From positions 831,835 to 895,834 of the forward strand of contig BOKX01000001.1 in NCBI GenBank assembly GCA_016861205.1: DNA of 64,000 nt, given 5' to 3'. A program made the position numbers and the translations under genes. A model generated the notes under the pieces. It saw only the letters and a program-made list of their open reading frames with translations. It was not told the DNA's origin and did not search any database. The stretch is from Patescibacteria group bacterium. Lineage in GTDB: Bacteria > Patescibacteriota > Microgenomatia > UBA1400 > PJMF01. Positions 1 to 9,808 of this stretch are shown here, piece after piece; the stretch's first letter is position 1; the number at the start of each line of letters is the position of its first letter.

Positions 1-97
1 CGAGGTGAAAGTCCAATCAAGTTGCTGCAACCCCAGCAAATAAGTGAGCCGGAGTCCATCTAGCCCACTTCGGACCAAACTGGTATAGTTATTTGTC

Positions 98-1159
98 ATG
101 AAGTTGTCAGTTCGGAACATCCCGGGTAAAATCTGGGCCTTTCTTAGGCGTCGTTGGAAGCTACTGTTGGTGCTACTGGTCGTGGTGGCTGGCGTTGGCT
201 TCTGGCAGTATCAACGAGTCCAAAAGAACAAACCCACCTACACCTTTGTCAAACCCAGCATCCAGACCATTAGCAAAACTTTGAACGTGTCTGGCGTGAT
301 CGACGCCGAGGAGAAAGCTAACCTTCGATTTGCAGCTGGCGGCAAAGTGGTTTACATCGGTGCTCAAGAGGGTGACTTTGTTACCAAAAACCAGACTCTA
401 GCCACCATCGACCAACGAGAACTTCAAAAACGTCTGCAGCAAGATTTGAATGCCTACCTGCGCGAGCGCTGGGACTGGGAAACCAGCCAAGACGCCACTG
501 ATTACAACGTGGAAAACCTGGCGACCCGCCGTGACCTTGACCAGCAGCAAACAAATCTCAATGACACAGTTCTCAACGTAGAAATCAGAGACATTGCTAT
601 TCAGAACACCGTTCTGAAAGCACCATTCAGTGGTTTGCTCGTAGCTAGTCCACTGACCGTGACAGGCGTTAACTTGCTAGCAACTGACGTATTTGAACTG
701 GTTAACCCAGACACGCTAGTCTTTAAAGCTGCCGTAGATGAAGCCGACATTGGTCAAGTTCGAGTCGGCCAAGCTGCCGCAGTCACCCTCGATTCATACC
801 CTGACAACCCAATTAGTAGCAATGTTCAATCTATTTCATATAAGAGCAGCCAAACCAGCTCGGGTACAGTGTTTGTAGTTAGACTCCCTATCACCGTAGC
901 TGACCTCCCAAGTGAGCTGAGACTCGGTATGAATGGTGACGCTACCATCACCCTCAACACCAAAGAAAATGTGTTGGCGATCCCTCTAGACACCACCCGC
1001 CAGCGTGATGGCAAAACCTACGTCGACGTCAAAACTGGGCCGTCTACCGTGGCCGAACGAGAGATCACAACCGGTCTAGAAACCGATGACATGGTGGAGG
1101 TGACCCAAGGTCTGACCGTCAATGATGAGGTGGTCGTACCCAATGGCACGCAAAAGTAA
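98..1159 (+). CDS. MacA-like efflux membrane-fusion (periplasmic adaptor) protein
   Basis: N-terminal TM anchor, barrel-sandwich motif (GGKVVYIGAQEGDFVTKNQTLATID), KAPFSG and VDEADIGQVRVGQ; first gene of an ABC operon. Confidence 0.9.
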   Translation: MKLSVRNIPGKIWAFLRRRWKLLLVLLVVVAGVGFWQYQRVQKNKPTYTFVKPSIQTISKTLNVSGVIDAEEKANLRFAAGGKVVYIGAQEGDFVTKNQTLATIDQRELQKRLQQDLNAYLRERWDWETSQDATDYNVENLATRRDLDQQQTNLNDTVLNVEIRDIAIQNTVLKAPFSGLLVASPLTVTGVNLLATDVFELVNPDTLVFKAAVDEADIGQVRVGQAAAVTLDSYPDNPISSNVQSISYKSSQTSSGTVFVVRLPITVADLPSELRLGMNGDATITLNTKENVLAIPLDTTRQRDGKTYVDVKTGPSTVAEREITTGLETDDMVEVTQGLTVNDEVVVPNGTQK

Positions 1160-1941
1160 TGAAGCCACTCTTGCTCCAACTTCAAAACGTAACCAAAGAG
1201 TATCAACTTGGTGACTCGACGATCATGGCCCTAGCAGGAGTCAGCATCGATATTCGCGAAGGCGAGTTTGTGGCTATCATGGGACCATCAGGTTCTGGCA
1301 AATCCACCTTCTTACAAATCGCTAGCATGCTCGCCGAGCCCAGCGGGGGCATCATTAAGCTCAAAGAGCAAGATGTAACTAAGTACGATGAAAAAGAGCG
1401 GGCGCGGCTGCGTAACCGCGAAATTGGCTTCGTGTTTCAACAATTTAATCTGCTGGCTCGCACATCAGCGGTTGATAATGTTTCACTCCCCTTGATTTAT
1501 GCCCAAGTATCCGAGTCTGAACGACACCGTCGATCAGTTGAGATGCTGCAGCGAGTAGGACTTGGCGAAAGATTAGCCAACACACCGGCGCAGCTATCAG
1601 GTGGACAGCAGCAGCGCGTGGCGATTGCTCGGGCGCTCATCAACAATCCCAGCATCGTCTTTGCTGACGAACCAACTGGCAACCTTGACTCGCGCAGTGG
1701 CGAAGACATCAAAAAACTATTGACTGACCTCTACCAAGAAGGTCGGACCATTATTATGGTCACCCATGAGGAAGATGTGGCGGCCATCGCCAAACGGCTG
1801 GTGGTTTTCCGTGATGGTCAAATCATCTCTGACACAGCCAACACAGAGCACGCAATGAACAAAGCTGCCAAAGTCAAAGAAGGCAGTCCAGATCTCGAAG
1901 TTACCAAGACACCAAAAACAAAACGAAAGGGGCGTGCATAA
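1159..1941 (+). CDS. ABC transporter ATP-binding protein (MacB/LolD family)
   Basis: Walker [10 protein letters not shown], signature LSGGQQQR, Walker [17 protein letters not shown] switch; TAATG overlap with the upstream gene. Confidence 0.95.
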   Translation: MKPLLLQLQNVTKEYQLGDSTIMALAGVSIDIREGEFVAIMGPSGSGKSTFLQIASMLAEPSGGIIKLKEQDVTKYDEKERARLRNREIGFVFQQFNLLARTSAVDNVSLPLIYAQVSESERHRRSVEMLQRVGLGERLANTPAQLSGGQQQRVAIARALINNPSIVFADEPTGNLDSRSGEDIKKLLTDLYQEGRTIIMVTHEEDVAAIAKRLVVFRDGQIISDTANTEHAMNKAAKVKEGSPDLEVTKTPKTKRKGRA

Positions 1942-1944
1942 GCT

Positions 1945-3159
1945 ATGCCATTTGGTTTTGTTTTCACCATCGCTATCAAGGCCATTTTGGTTAACAAAAC
2001 TCGCTCGTTTTTGACGATGCTGGGTGTGATCATCGGTGTTGGCTCGGTGGTGCTACTCACCAGTATCGGAACTGGACTTCAAGCGTATGTCAGCGATCAA
2101 TTCACTAGTCTAGGTGGTTCGGTCGTGTTTGTGGTCCCTGGCGATCCATTCGGTGACGGTGGGGGTTTTGGTGGGGAAACCTCCATGATTGAAAGCACTA
2201 AACCGTTACTTAAAAGAACCTACTTTAATCAAATCTTGCGCAATACCCGAGGCATCATCAAGGATGGGGTGGTAAGCGGCTTCAGTACGGGCGAAGCTAA
2301 ATACAAAACCACCACCAAAAAAGTAACTCTCTATGGTGTGACAGCTAGTTATGGCTCGGTTAACAAAAGCGACACCGCCAGCGGCGAGTGGTTTACTGAT
2401 GTGAATGAGCAAAAAGGTGATCGGGTAACTGTACTCGGACCAAAAATTGCCGAAGAACTCTTTGGAACGATTGACCCTGTTGGCAAAAAACTCCAGATTG
2501 AAAGCCGGTCTTACACTGTCGTGGGTGTTTTAGAAAAGAAAGGTAGCTCTTTTGGTGGCCCCAGTTTTGACAACTATGTTTACATTCCCCTGACTACCCT
2601 GTTTGACGACTTTAACACTCAGTTGATTGATAACTTTACGTTTGAGGCGGTCAGCCAAGAACAGGTCCCAGCTGTCAAAGCAGCCCTGGAAAAAGAACTG
2701 GGTCGGTACCTGGAAGAGGACGAGTTCACCGTGTTTGACCAAGCGCAACTGCTAGAAACCATCAACAGTGTATTGGGAATGTTGACTATCGGGCTCGGCG
2801 GCATCGCCGCCATTTCCCTGGTGGTCGGTGGTATTGGGATTATGAACATCATGTTGGTGTCGGTGACAGAACGGACTCGAGAAATAGGGTTGCGCAAAGC
2901 GCTAGGAGCCACACCTGACTTGATCTTGTTACAGTTTTTGATCGAAGCAGCCCTGCTGTCAGTATTGGGTGGCGGCATTGGTCTAGCAATTGCTTACTTA
3001 GGTTCCCTGGCTATTCAACCCTTCTTCCCCGCCCGGGTTACCCTCTCGGCAGTTATGTTGGCTTTTGGGGTATCAACCGTCGTGGGACTGATCTTTGGAG
3101 CTGCTCCCGCTCGACGCGCCGCTCGACTTTCACCGATCGAAGCTTTACGCTACGAGTAG
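1945..3159 (+). CDS. MacB/FtsX-family ABC transporter permease
   Basis: RSFLTMLGVIIGV, GGIGIMNIMLVSVTERTREIGLRKALGA, PARRAARLSPIEALRYE. Confidence 0.95.
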   Translation: MPFGFVFTIAIKAILVNKTRSFLTMLGVIIGVGSVVLLTSIGTGLQAYVSDQFTSLGGSVVFVVPGDPFGDGGGFGGETSMIESTKPLLKRTYFNQILRNTRGIIKDGVVSGFSTGEAKYKTTTKKVTLYGVTASYGSVNKSDTASGEWFTDVNEQKGDRVTVLGPKIAEELFGTIDPVGKKLQIESRSYTVVGVLEKKGSSFGGPSFDNYVYIPLTTLFDDFNTQLIDNFTFEAVSQEQVPAVKAALEKELGRYLEEDEFTVFDQAQLLETINSVLGMLTIGLGGIAAISLVVGGIGIMNIMLVSVTERTREIGLRKALGATPDLILLQFLIEAALLSVLGGGIGLAIAYLGSLAIQPFFPARVTLSAVMLAFGVSTVVGLIFGAAPARRAARLSPIEALRYE

Positions 3160-3186
3160 CACGTACTTCATAGCACGGATCTGCAT

Positions 3187-4320
3187 ATGAAAATTCTCGG
3201 CCGACGAAAATCTGGTGAAGGTAGTGAACCACAACCGACCACTGAAAAAAAGACAGCTGCCGTAGCTGAGCAACTCCGTCAAAAAGGCTGGTACGAGTTT
3301 CAACTGGAACGGTCGGGTCAACAGTGTTTCATTGATCCTAACCAGCAACCGATTGGAGCGGGTGGAGCCGCTGAAATCATTATGGGATACATTCCTACCC
3401 AACAACGTTGGGTGGCTATTAAAGTTCCGAAAAGCCTCATTTATCCCGAGCTCTACGCAGAAGAAATTCGCCTACACCTCAAAGCCCTCGAAGCTACTCC
3501 TGACCTAGTTGTGGAAATTGTCGATTTCATCATCAATGAAACCACTAGCAAAATCGCAGCTGACCACGAAAAAATGGTCGTCATGGAACTCTTGGATCCT
3601 GCCTGGGCACCAACTCTCAAACAGCGAATTACCGAGACGCACCCCGCTTATAGTTGGTCTGAGCCACGCCCCGAGCCAGAACCGCTCACCCCTATCGAGG
3701 TTAGTCAAATTACCGGTGACTTGGCCAGATTTGTGATCACACAATATCGTCAGAAAAATCTCATTCACCGCGACCTCAAACCCACTAACATCTACATTAT
3801 TCGCGATACCAATGCTCAGCGCACACTTACCAAAGTCGGTGACTTTGGCTCCGCTAGCGACGCCGAAGTTGACGATAGCGATCCATTAGTTGGCACTATC
3901 AATTACCTGTCACCCCGCCAAGTGTTGGCTGCCCAAGCTGGGTATGACACCACTCAAGAGCCAGCTCCTGATGCCGGCCTGTATGACGAATCTTGGCGTG
4001 TTGGGGTAATTGCGTATGAGATGCTATCTGGCCGAGTAATGTTTGCCCGAGCAAACCCCCAACAAGAAGCTCGCGCCATTCATGACTTTGCCTATGAGGA
4101 CGGCCTACAAATCAAAGATTACCCCACACTGGTCAAAAACCTGATGAAAATGAACGTTAAACCTGAGCCGGTCTTCGAAGCCTTTAATCGTTTCATGTTC
4201 TTAAAACACCCCGAGTATCATGGTGATGTAACTCGCTTTGCCAAAGAGCTTGAACTCGCCCTGACCGGACAACTCGAACCTGAGGCCGCTGATCAAAGTT
4301 CAGTCACCAGCGGAGACTAG
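3187..4320 (+). CDS. Hanks-type Ser/Thr protein kinase, soluble
   Basis: Gly loop IGAGGAAEI, VAIK, HRDLKPTN, DFG, GTINYLSP; no TM segment. Confidence 0.88.
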   Translation: MKILGRRKSGEGSEPQPTTEKKTAAVAEQLRQKGWYEFQLERSGQQCFIDPNQQPIGAGGAAEIIMGYIPTQQRWVAIKVPKSLIYPELYAEEIRLHLKALEATPDLVVEIVDFIINETTSKIAADHEKMVVMELLDPAWAPTLKQRITETHPAYSWSEPRPEPEPLTPIEVSQITGDLARFVITQYRQKNLIHRDLKPTNIYIIRDTNAQRTLTKVGDFGSASDAEVDDSDPLVGTINYLSPRQVLAAQAGYDTTQEPAPDAGLYDESWRVGVIAYEMLSGRVMFARANPQQEARAIHDFAYEDGLQIKDYPTLVKNLMKMNVKPEPVFEAFNRFMFLKHPEYHGDVTRFAKELELALTGQLEPEAADQSSVTSGD

Positions 4321-4377
4321 TCCAGCTTTTTCTTTTTAATAGGTAGTTATCAGCCAACCTGGTACAATGAAACGAAG

Positions 4378-4749
4378 ATGAAAGTGGTCAAAGTTGCATT
4401 GTTAGCGGTTTTGTTGCTCGTCCTGGCTGGAACAGGGGTAACTGTAGCTAGCAACCGTGGCTTGGTCAAAGCCCCCGACTGGGTCGCCAAGATCCCCCGC
4501 CAAGTTCCTTCCCTACCGCGACCAAAACTACCCCCAGAGGCTGAAAAGCAAGTTACCATCCTTAGTGATCGGACCCAAGCTGTCGGAAGCCATGTTGGGG
4601 CTGTCTTGGGCAGTTATATTCAAGCTAGTGAAGAAAAAGAACCAATACACCAACGCACATTTGAGTATGCCCGTTATGTTTACTGCCAACAAGTCGTTAA
4701 AGACTACCAAGAAAATGAGGCGGCCAGCGCTAGCTCTGTGCAACCGTAA
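4378..4749 (+). CDS. hypothetical exported or membrane-anchored protein
   Basis: N-terminal hydrophobic segment; TACAAT at 4363-4368 just upstream of the ATG. Confidence 0.7.
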   Translation: MKVVKVALLAVLLLVLAGTGVTVASNRGLVKAPDWVAKIPRQVPSLPRPKLPPEAEKQVTILSDRTQAVGSHVGAVLGSYIQASEEKEPIHQRTFEYARYVYCQQVVKDYQENEAASASSVQP

Positions 4750-4763
4750 CTCCAACCAACTGC

Positions 4764-7100
4764 TTACAGCTTAGCCCGCGTCTTCATCTCAGCTTCCACC
4801 ACATCGCGGTCTTTACCGTACTTCAGCTGCGATAGCTGCTTAATCATCTCGGCTAAGCGAGGATTCATTTGGGCTTTGACCTGATCCATGTCTTTTTCCA
4901 GCGACATGCTGAATGGTGGCACTGGTTCATTACCCACAATAGTCTTGATATAAACGTGATACTTCTCGATGTTAGCTAGGTCAGTTTCATTAAAAGTCGG
5001 AGCAAACTCGTGCTGCAGGAAGTTGGCATCCGGCACACCTACCCGGAAACAGACAATGGTACCAACGTTACCAAACACCGCGTTCTTGATCTCTTCATCA
5101 ATCTGGCCAATAAACTGGTTGGCCACAATCAGGTTCAGGCGATACTTACGGGCCTCAGACAAAATCACCGCAAAGTCTTCCGTGGCATAGTTCTGGAACT
5201 CGTCAACATACAGGAAGAAATCTTCCCGCTTGTCCATGCCCACATCTTGGCGACTCATGGCCGCGGTCAACACTTTCGGCACCAAGATCAGACCCAAGAA
5301 CTTGGCGTCCTCTTCACCCAAAATACCTTTGGACAAGTTACACAAAATAATTTTCTTCTCGTCCATCGCTTTCCGGAAGTTAAAAGCACTTTCCGGCTGA
5401 CCAATGATGTTACGCATAGTTTTGTTGGTCACGAACCGACCGAACTTAGACACGATGTAGTCCAACACCTCTGACTTATGAAAGTCGGATGTCTGCGCGA
5501 TCTGGTCCGTCCAGTAACGGCGAACCACCGGATCTTTAACATAAGGCAGCAGTTCATCGACAAACTTGCTGTCGGTCAGACACCGGACCAACTCCAAAAA
5601 GGTTGACCCTTTTCGGCTCATGATCGTCAACATGGCATTTCGAATAGCGTGTTCAAACCGTGGTCCGATGATGCCGGTACGATGCGGGTCATACAGTTTG
5701 TACATCAAGCCAATAATAGAACTCACCACAAAGTGTTGCTGCTCTTCGGTATCGGCCTCCATCATGTTCAAACCCATTGGTCGTTGTACGTCGGACGGGT
5801 TGAAGTAAATCACATCTTCCGCTCGCTCGGGTGGCATCAACTGCAAAATATCCTCGATAAACTCACCGTGCGGGTCGATGGCGCACACACCATACCCAGA
5901 CTTGATATCCTGCAAAATCATTTCTTTCAGAAACTCTGACTTACCGGTACCAGTTTTCCCAATGATATACATGTGACGGCGACGGTCATTGAGACTCATG
6001 AACACTTCGCGAACTTCACCGCGATACTTCGATGTCCCAATTCGCAAACCTGAGGTGGGAATCATGTTCGGAGCTGGGGCATTTTTGGCATTGAGCCACT
6101 TAATGTGGTGAGTCTCAACTGTTTTATTCGGGAAATGGAAAATAGTAGCCAGCTCCTCCACATTTAAGACTGATGTCCCGCGCTTAATGATCGGCATGTA
6201 ACGATACAAAAAATCCAACATAAACAAGTGTTTCACAAATAACTGCACTCGTTTAAAGTTGTTGTGCGAGCTCGTGAACTGAGCAAATGCGCCCACAATG
6301 TTGTTGAGATGTGACTCCGCTACATATTCTTGAGGTGCCGACACTACGACACGAATAGAAACTCTAAACCCTGGCTTCTCAACTTTCGAGCTGATGCTCT
6401 CCATTTCTTTAGGATCGTGACGATACGTGGCTTTATCAGGATCGGCTTCACGCTTCTTTTCACCTTGAATGTGTGATCGACCTTTGTTTTGCCAACCTTT
6501 ACCTTCCGGCTGCAGCAAGATTTGCAAAATTGCCCCTTCGCCTTCACCCATTTTTGACAAGCCAGAGGTCATCAATGATAAGCCATCAGTTGGCAAATCC
6601 TTGTAGGTTTTAATGGGGAAAAAGGTGGGCTTTTCCAGAGCCAAGGCCGCAAAAGCAACTTTGCCTTTTTCACTAAAAATATTGATCTCATCTACCTCTG
6701 TGATGTCAGCTGATGGATATGCACCGTGAATCTGCTTTTCTACCAAGTCGCGAATTTTACGCGAGCAACTGATGTAAAACGTGATGCTCTCTTTGAGAGC
6801 CACGATCTCAAAACTAAATACATCTTCAGCTTTGGCCCAGGAGAACCAGCCAGTTTTTTTGAGTGAGTAGAGACCGGCAAACATCTGCTCAGCTGCGTCG
6901 ATCTTAATTTCATTGTCCTTCGGTAACCGGACTTGGAGCGTTACAAAATCTAGCGCGTACTCTTCACGATGCCGGTACTTGAGCCACTGAAACAACATGT
7001 AACCAAACACCGCGAACACCAAACCAACCACAATCAACATCCCGAGCAAACTCAGCCAGCTGATGAGGAGCGATAGTAGTCCAGCAGAATCAAATAACAT
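4764..7100 (-). CDS. VirD4/TraG/TrwB-like coupling ATPase (HerA/DUF87 family, Patescibacteria type)
   Basis: N-terminal TM, RRHMYIIGKTGTGKS Walker A, IDPHGE, LYVDEFQNY Walker B, LSEARKYRLNLIVANQ, AVFGNVGT. Confidence 0.9.
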   Translation of the reverse strand: MLFDSAGLLSLLISWLSLLGMLIVVGLVFAVFGYMLFQWLKYRHREEYALDFVTLQVRLPKDNEIKIDAAEQMFAGLYSLKKTGWFSWAKAEDVFSFEIVALKESITFYISCSRKIRDLVEKQIHGAYPSADITEVDEINIFSEKGKVAFAALALEKPTFFPIKTYKDLPTDGLSLMTSGLSKMGEGEGAILQILLQPEGKGWQNKGRSHIQGEKKREADPDKATYRHDPKEMESISSKVEKPGFRVSIRVVVSAPQEYVAESHLNNIVGAFAQFTSSHNNFKRVQLFVKHLFMLDFLYRYMPIIKRGTSVLNVEELATIFHFPNKTVETHHIKWLNAKNAPAPNMIPTSGLRIGTSKYRGEVREVFMSLNDRRRHMYIIGKTGTGKSEFLKEMILQDIKSGYGVCAIDPHGEFIEDILQLMPPERAEDVIYFNPSDVQRPMGLNMMEADTEEQQHFVVSSIIGLMYKLYDPHRTGIIGPRFEHAIRNAMLTIMSRKGSTFLELVRCLTDSKFVDELLPYVKDPVVRRYWTDQIAQTSDFHKSEVLDYIVSKFGRFVTNKTMRNIIGQPESAFNFRKAMDEKKIILCNLSKGILGEEDAKFLGLILVPKVLTAAMSRQDVGMDKREDFFLYVDEFQNYATEDFAVILSEARKYRLNLIVANQFIGQIDEEIKNAVFGNVGTIVCFRVGVPDANFLQHEFAPTFNETDLANIEKYHVYIKTIVGNEPVPPFSMSLEKDMDQVKAQMNPRLAEMIKQLSQLKYGKDRDVVEAEMKTRAKL

Positions 7101-7126
7101 ACACTCTTAAACTTCCTCCTATTATC

Positions 7127-7918
7127 TCAGGTTTGTCGATAAATGACTCGACCAGTAAACATTTTCATCAATCGGCGGCTCCACTCGACCAACCACCGGA
7201 CACTCAACGATGGGGGTTTGTGTTCGCCTGCTTTTTCCACCTCAGGGCTGATCGGTAAAACCACCACCGGTTGTGGGGTATGTACAGCTTGGACATCTGT
7301 CGCCCCTTGCGGATTTATCACAATTTCTTGCGGTTGCTCGGTGACTTGATCTTCAACCTTTTGCAGGTACTCCTCGATCTCGGGTCCAATTTCTGGAGCT
7401 ACTTCCTGCTCAACATGCTGAACACCACCAGCTTCGCTTTGGGCAACTTGATCGACAACGCCTCGGTCAATGGCTTCTTTGGCAGTGCTGACCGGATAGC
7501 TTGGGTTCAAAGTGTCCGTTGCTTGCTGAATAACCGTGGGCACCACTGGGGCCACAGGCTCGGGCCAAGCTGCAGGCTCAACCGGAACTGCTGGAGGAGG
7601 CGGCGGCGAAACAACTGGCGGCGCCGGAGGTTGAGCTGGGGTGGTCTGCCCTTCCAACTCAGTAACAATCTGATCCATCAGCTGAAGTTTATCCTCGGCA
7701 GACACCAACTCTGGTGGCTGACTCGGAACCACATCTGGAATTGGGGCAGCAGGCTGAACCGGTGGCGAAGGTTGAACTTGAGTCGCAGCTGGAACAGAAC
7801 TCGAAGTGGCTACCGGGGCCGGTGACTGCAAAAACGGCACCAGCTGTTGGCCACTTGGGCTCAGCGTGCCACGCAAACGAGATACCAACCTGTTGGGGGT
7901 TGGGGCAGGACCGGTCAT
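7127..7918 (-). CDS. proline-rich hypothetical protein
   Basis: 263-aa ORF co-oriented with and 26 bp upstream of the VirD4-like gene; P/Q/V-rich with a folded-looking C-terminal SVRWLVEWSRRLMK. Confidence 0.7.
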   Translation of the reverse strand: MTGPAPTPNRLVSRLRGTLSPSGQQLVPFLQSPAPVATSSSVPAATQVQPSPPVQPAAPIPDVVPSQPPELVSAEDKLQLMDQIVTELEGQTTPAQPPAPPVVSPPPPPAVPVEPAAWPEPVAPVVPTVIQQATDTLNPSYPVSTAKEAIDRGVVDQVAQSEAGGVQHVEQEVAPEIGPEIEEYLQKVEDQVTEQPQEIVINPQGATDVQAVHTPQPVVVLPISPEVEKAGEHKPPSLSVRWLVEWSRRLMKMFTGRVIYRQT

Positions 7919-7978
7919 AGCTTCATTGTATCGAGTTCTGGGCTGATCGTCACTATCGACTCACCTCGAGATACATAA

Positions 7979-8488
7979 TTATGGCAGTTGCAGCTCAAGA
8001 TTGTCGCCGACTTGCCAACCGACTTGTTCGACAAATCCAGCTGGAACCTCGAGAACCATGTCGACAACTTGGGGGGCAGGATACGTTGGCAAGTTGTTTA
8101 GAGTGGTACCTGGTAACGGGGCTGGCACTCGAGCGGTAATTCCGACAATTTTTTGGTTGCTGATCCAAACCATATCAAGATCAAACAGCATGTCTTTCAT
8201 CCAAAATTGGGCCGGCTGTGGCGTGGGTAGAATGAACAACATGCCGTCAGAACCGATTTCAGTTCGATCACTTAAACCTTGAATAATGCTATCTTGAGTC
8301 GTCACCAACTCGACCAGGAGAGTGCGGCTCTTAATCTTGAGTTGGGCTTGAGCGCGATCATACTTCGTCCAGTCCGGCGTTGAAGTGACTTGGGACAGGG
8401 AGCGTACCCGACTTAAAATGATGATCATCAACACTAACCCAATACCCAATAACCACCATGTGTGCTTACCCTGTGTGTTTGAGGCCAT
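7979..8488 (-). CDS. DUF192 family protein
   Basis: GLSDR...GMLF...FWMKDMLFDLDMVWI...VLEVPAG; N-terminal TM. Confidence 0.88.
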   Translation of the reverse strand: MASNTQGKHTWWLLGIGLVLMIIILSRVRSLSQVTSTPDWTKYDRAQAQLKIKSRTLLVELVTTQDSIIQGLSDRTEIGSDGMLFILPTPQPAQFWMKDMLFDLDMVWISNQKIVGITARVPAPLPGTTLNNLPTYPAPQVVDMVLEVPAGFVEQVGWQVGDNLELQLP

Positions 8489-8492
8489 ATCG

Positions 8493-9335
8493 TCACCTAG
8501 ATTTTACTAAGCTCAACCGCCGGTAAATAACCAGCAACCAAAATGTCATCATGATTACTATACCAAGCAAAACTAACTGATTAACCCCCAGGTTCCCCCA
8601 GCCAACTGTCTTATCTGGTCTAGCCCAGTCCAAACTGAACCGGATCAGCGCGTAGTACCATACGTAACTAGCAAACCAAGCCCCACTGCCCAGGTGCCAC
8701 CAAGCTGGTCGCCACCGCTCGCCAGCGGGTGAGGCCAACCACCACCAAACTAGACCGGCACTGGCGGTGGCTATCATTTCATAGGCAAATAATGGATGGA
8801 ATCTGGTCTCAACGGCTAAGTTGGCAAATTGCGGCAGTCGATGCTTGGCGTCAATGCTGATTCCCCAGGGAAGCGTGGTCGGATAGCCGTACAGTTCCTG
8901 ATTCACAAAGTTGGCCCATCGACCAATGGCCTGACCAATCGGTAATCCAAACACGGCGGAGTCAAGCCAAGTTAGCCAATTTGGTCCCGATGACCAAACC
9001 AGTGTAACCAGCCATGCGCCCACCATTCCCCCAGCAACTGCACCAAGAATGCTCAGACCACCTTGCCAGATTTGAATAGCTGCCCAGGGATGGGCTTGAT
9101 ACAACGACCAGTCTGTAGCTAGATGCCAAACTCTGGCCCCAAACACACCAAACAAAACGATACTCAAGCCTGCCAAATCCAAGCGATTGGTATCTGACCA
9201 TCCGAGTCGTGTTAACCGTTTGGCAATTAACCACCAACTTACTACTAAGGCCAACCCCACGATCAGGCCATAGGCATGAAACTCTAAACCAAAAACCGTC
9301 CAACTTGTTGGGACTAAACCTTCGTTCATAACCAA
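8493..9335 (-). CDS. lgt: prolipoprotein diacylglyceryl transferase
   Basis: HAYGL, GARVWH, IWQGGLSILGA, GQAIGRWANFVNQELYG, HPLFAYE. Confidence 0.93.
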   Translation of the reverse strand: MVMNEGLVPTSWTVFGLEFHAYGLIVGLALVVSWWLIAKRLTRLGWSDTNRLDLAGLSIVLFGVFGARVWHLATDWSLYQAHPWAAIQIWQGGLSILGAVAGGMVGAWLVTLVWSSGPNWLTWLDSAVFGLPIGQAIGRWANFVNQELYGYPTTLPWGISIDAKHRLPQFANLAVETRFHPLFAYEMIATASAGLVWWWLASPAGERWRPAWWHLGSGAWFASYVWYYALIRFSLDWARPDKTVGWGNLGVNQLVLLGIVIMMTFWLLVIYRRLSLVKSR

Positions 9336-9808
9336 CTAATCAGAAGCAGGCCACTTGTGACTATGACCACTGCTCGAACTAACCAAATCTGGTGTTCAGC
9401 CTGCCAGCGATCAGTTTTCAGTTGCCACAAAAATCGGGACACAAACTCAGGACTCGCCCGCCATCGCCAAAACTCCACTGCTACAGCAGCTAACCAAGAC
9501 CAAACCAAGGCCGCCCCCAACAAGCTGCCAGACGACGTTAACAAAAAGAATCCTAAAATGCCCAGCACCGCCACCACTACCAATGAGCGAGTAACCAGCA
9601 CTGGCTTGAGTATTTCCAACCACCGCTGCGTGTATCGATAGCCAGCCAACTCATCTAGCCACACAATCACTAATCCCAATCCCAGACCCAACCACCACCA
9701 GAACCACCACGCGGTTCCCCAGTGCCAAGCTTGCCAGGTAACACCAGCCACCAAAACAACCAACAGCTGTAGGGTCCACACCGGTACTCTGTCCAAAAAA
9801 TGATTCAT
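9326..9808 (-). CDS. hypothetical integral membrane protein (Trp-rich)
   Basis: Several hydrophobic helices; overlaps both neighbours in operon fashion. Confidence 0.7.
   Translation of the reverse strand: MNHFLDRVPVWTLQLLVVLVAGVTWQAWHWGTAWWFWWWLGLGLGLVIVWLDELAGYRYTQRWLEILKPVLVTRSLVVVAVLGILGFFLLTSSGSLLGAALVWSWLAAVAVEFWRWRASPEFVSRFLWQLKTDRWQAEHQIWLVRAVVIVTSGLLLISWL

Noticed and set aside
1-63. Possible 3' end of an upstream gene (frame open to TAG at 61-63)
   Set aside because: Only 20 codons are visible, too few to support a call
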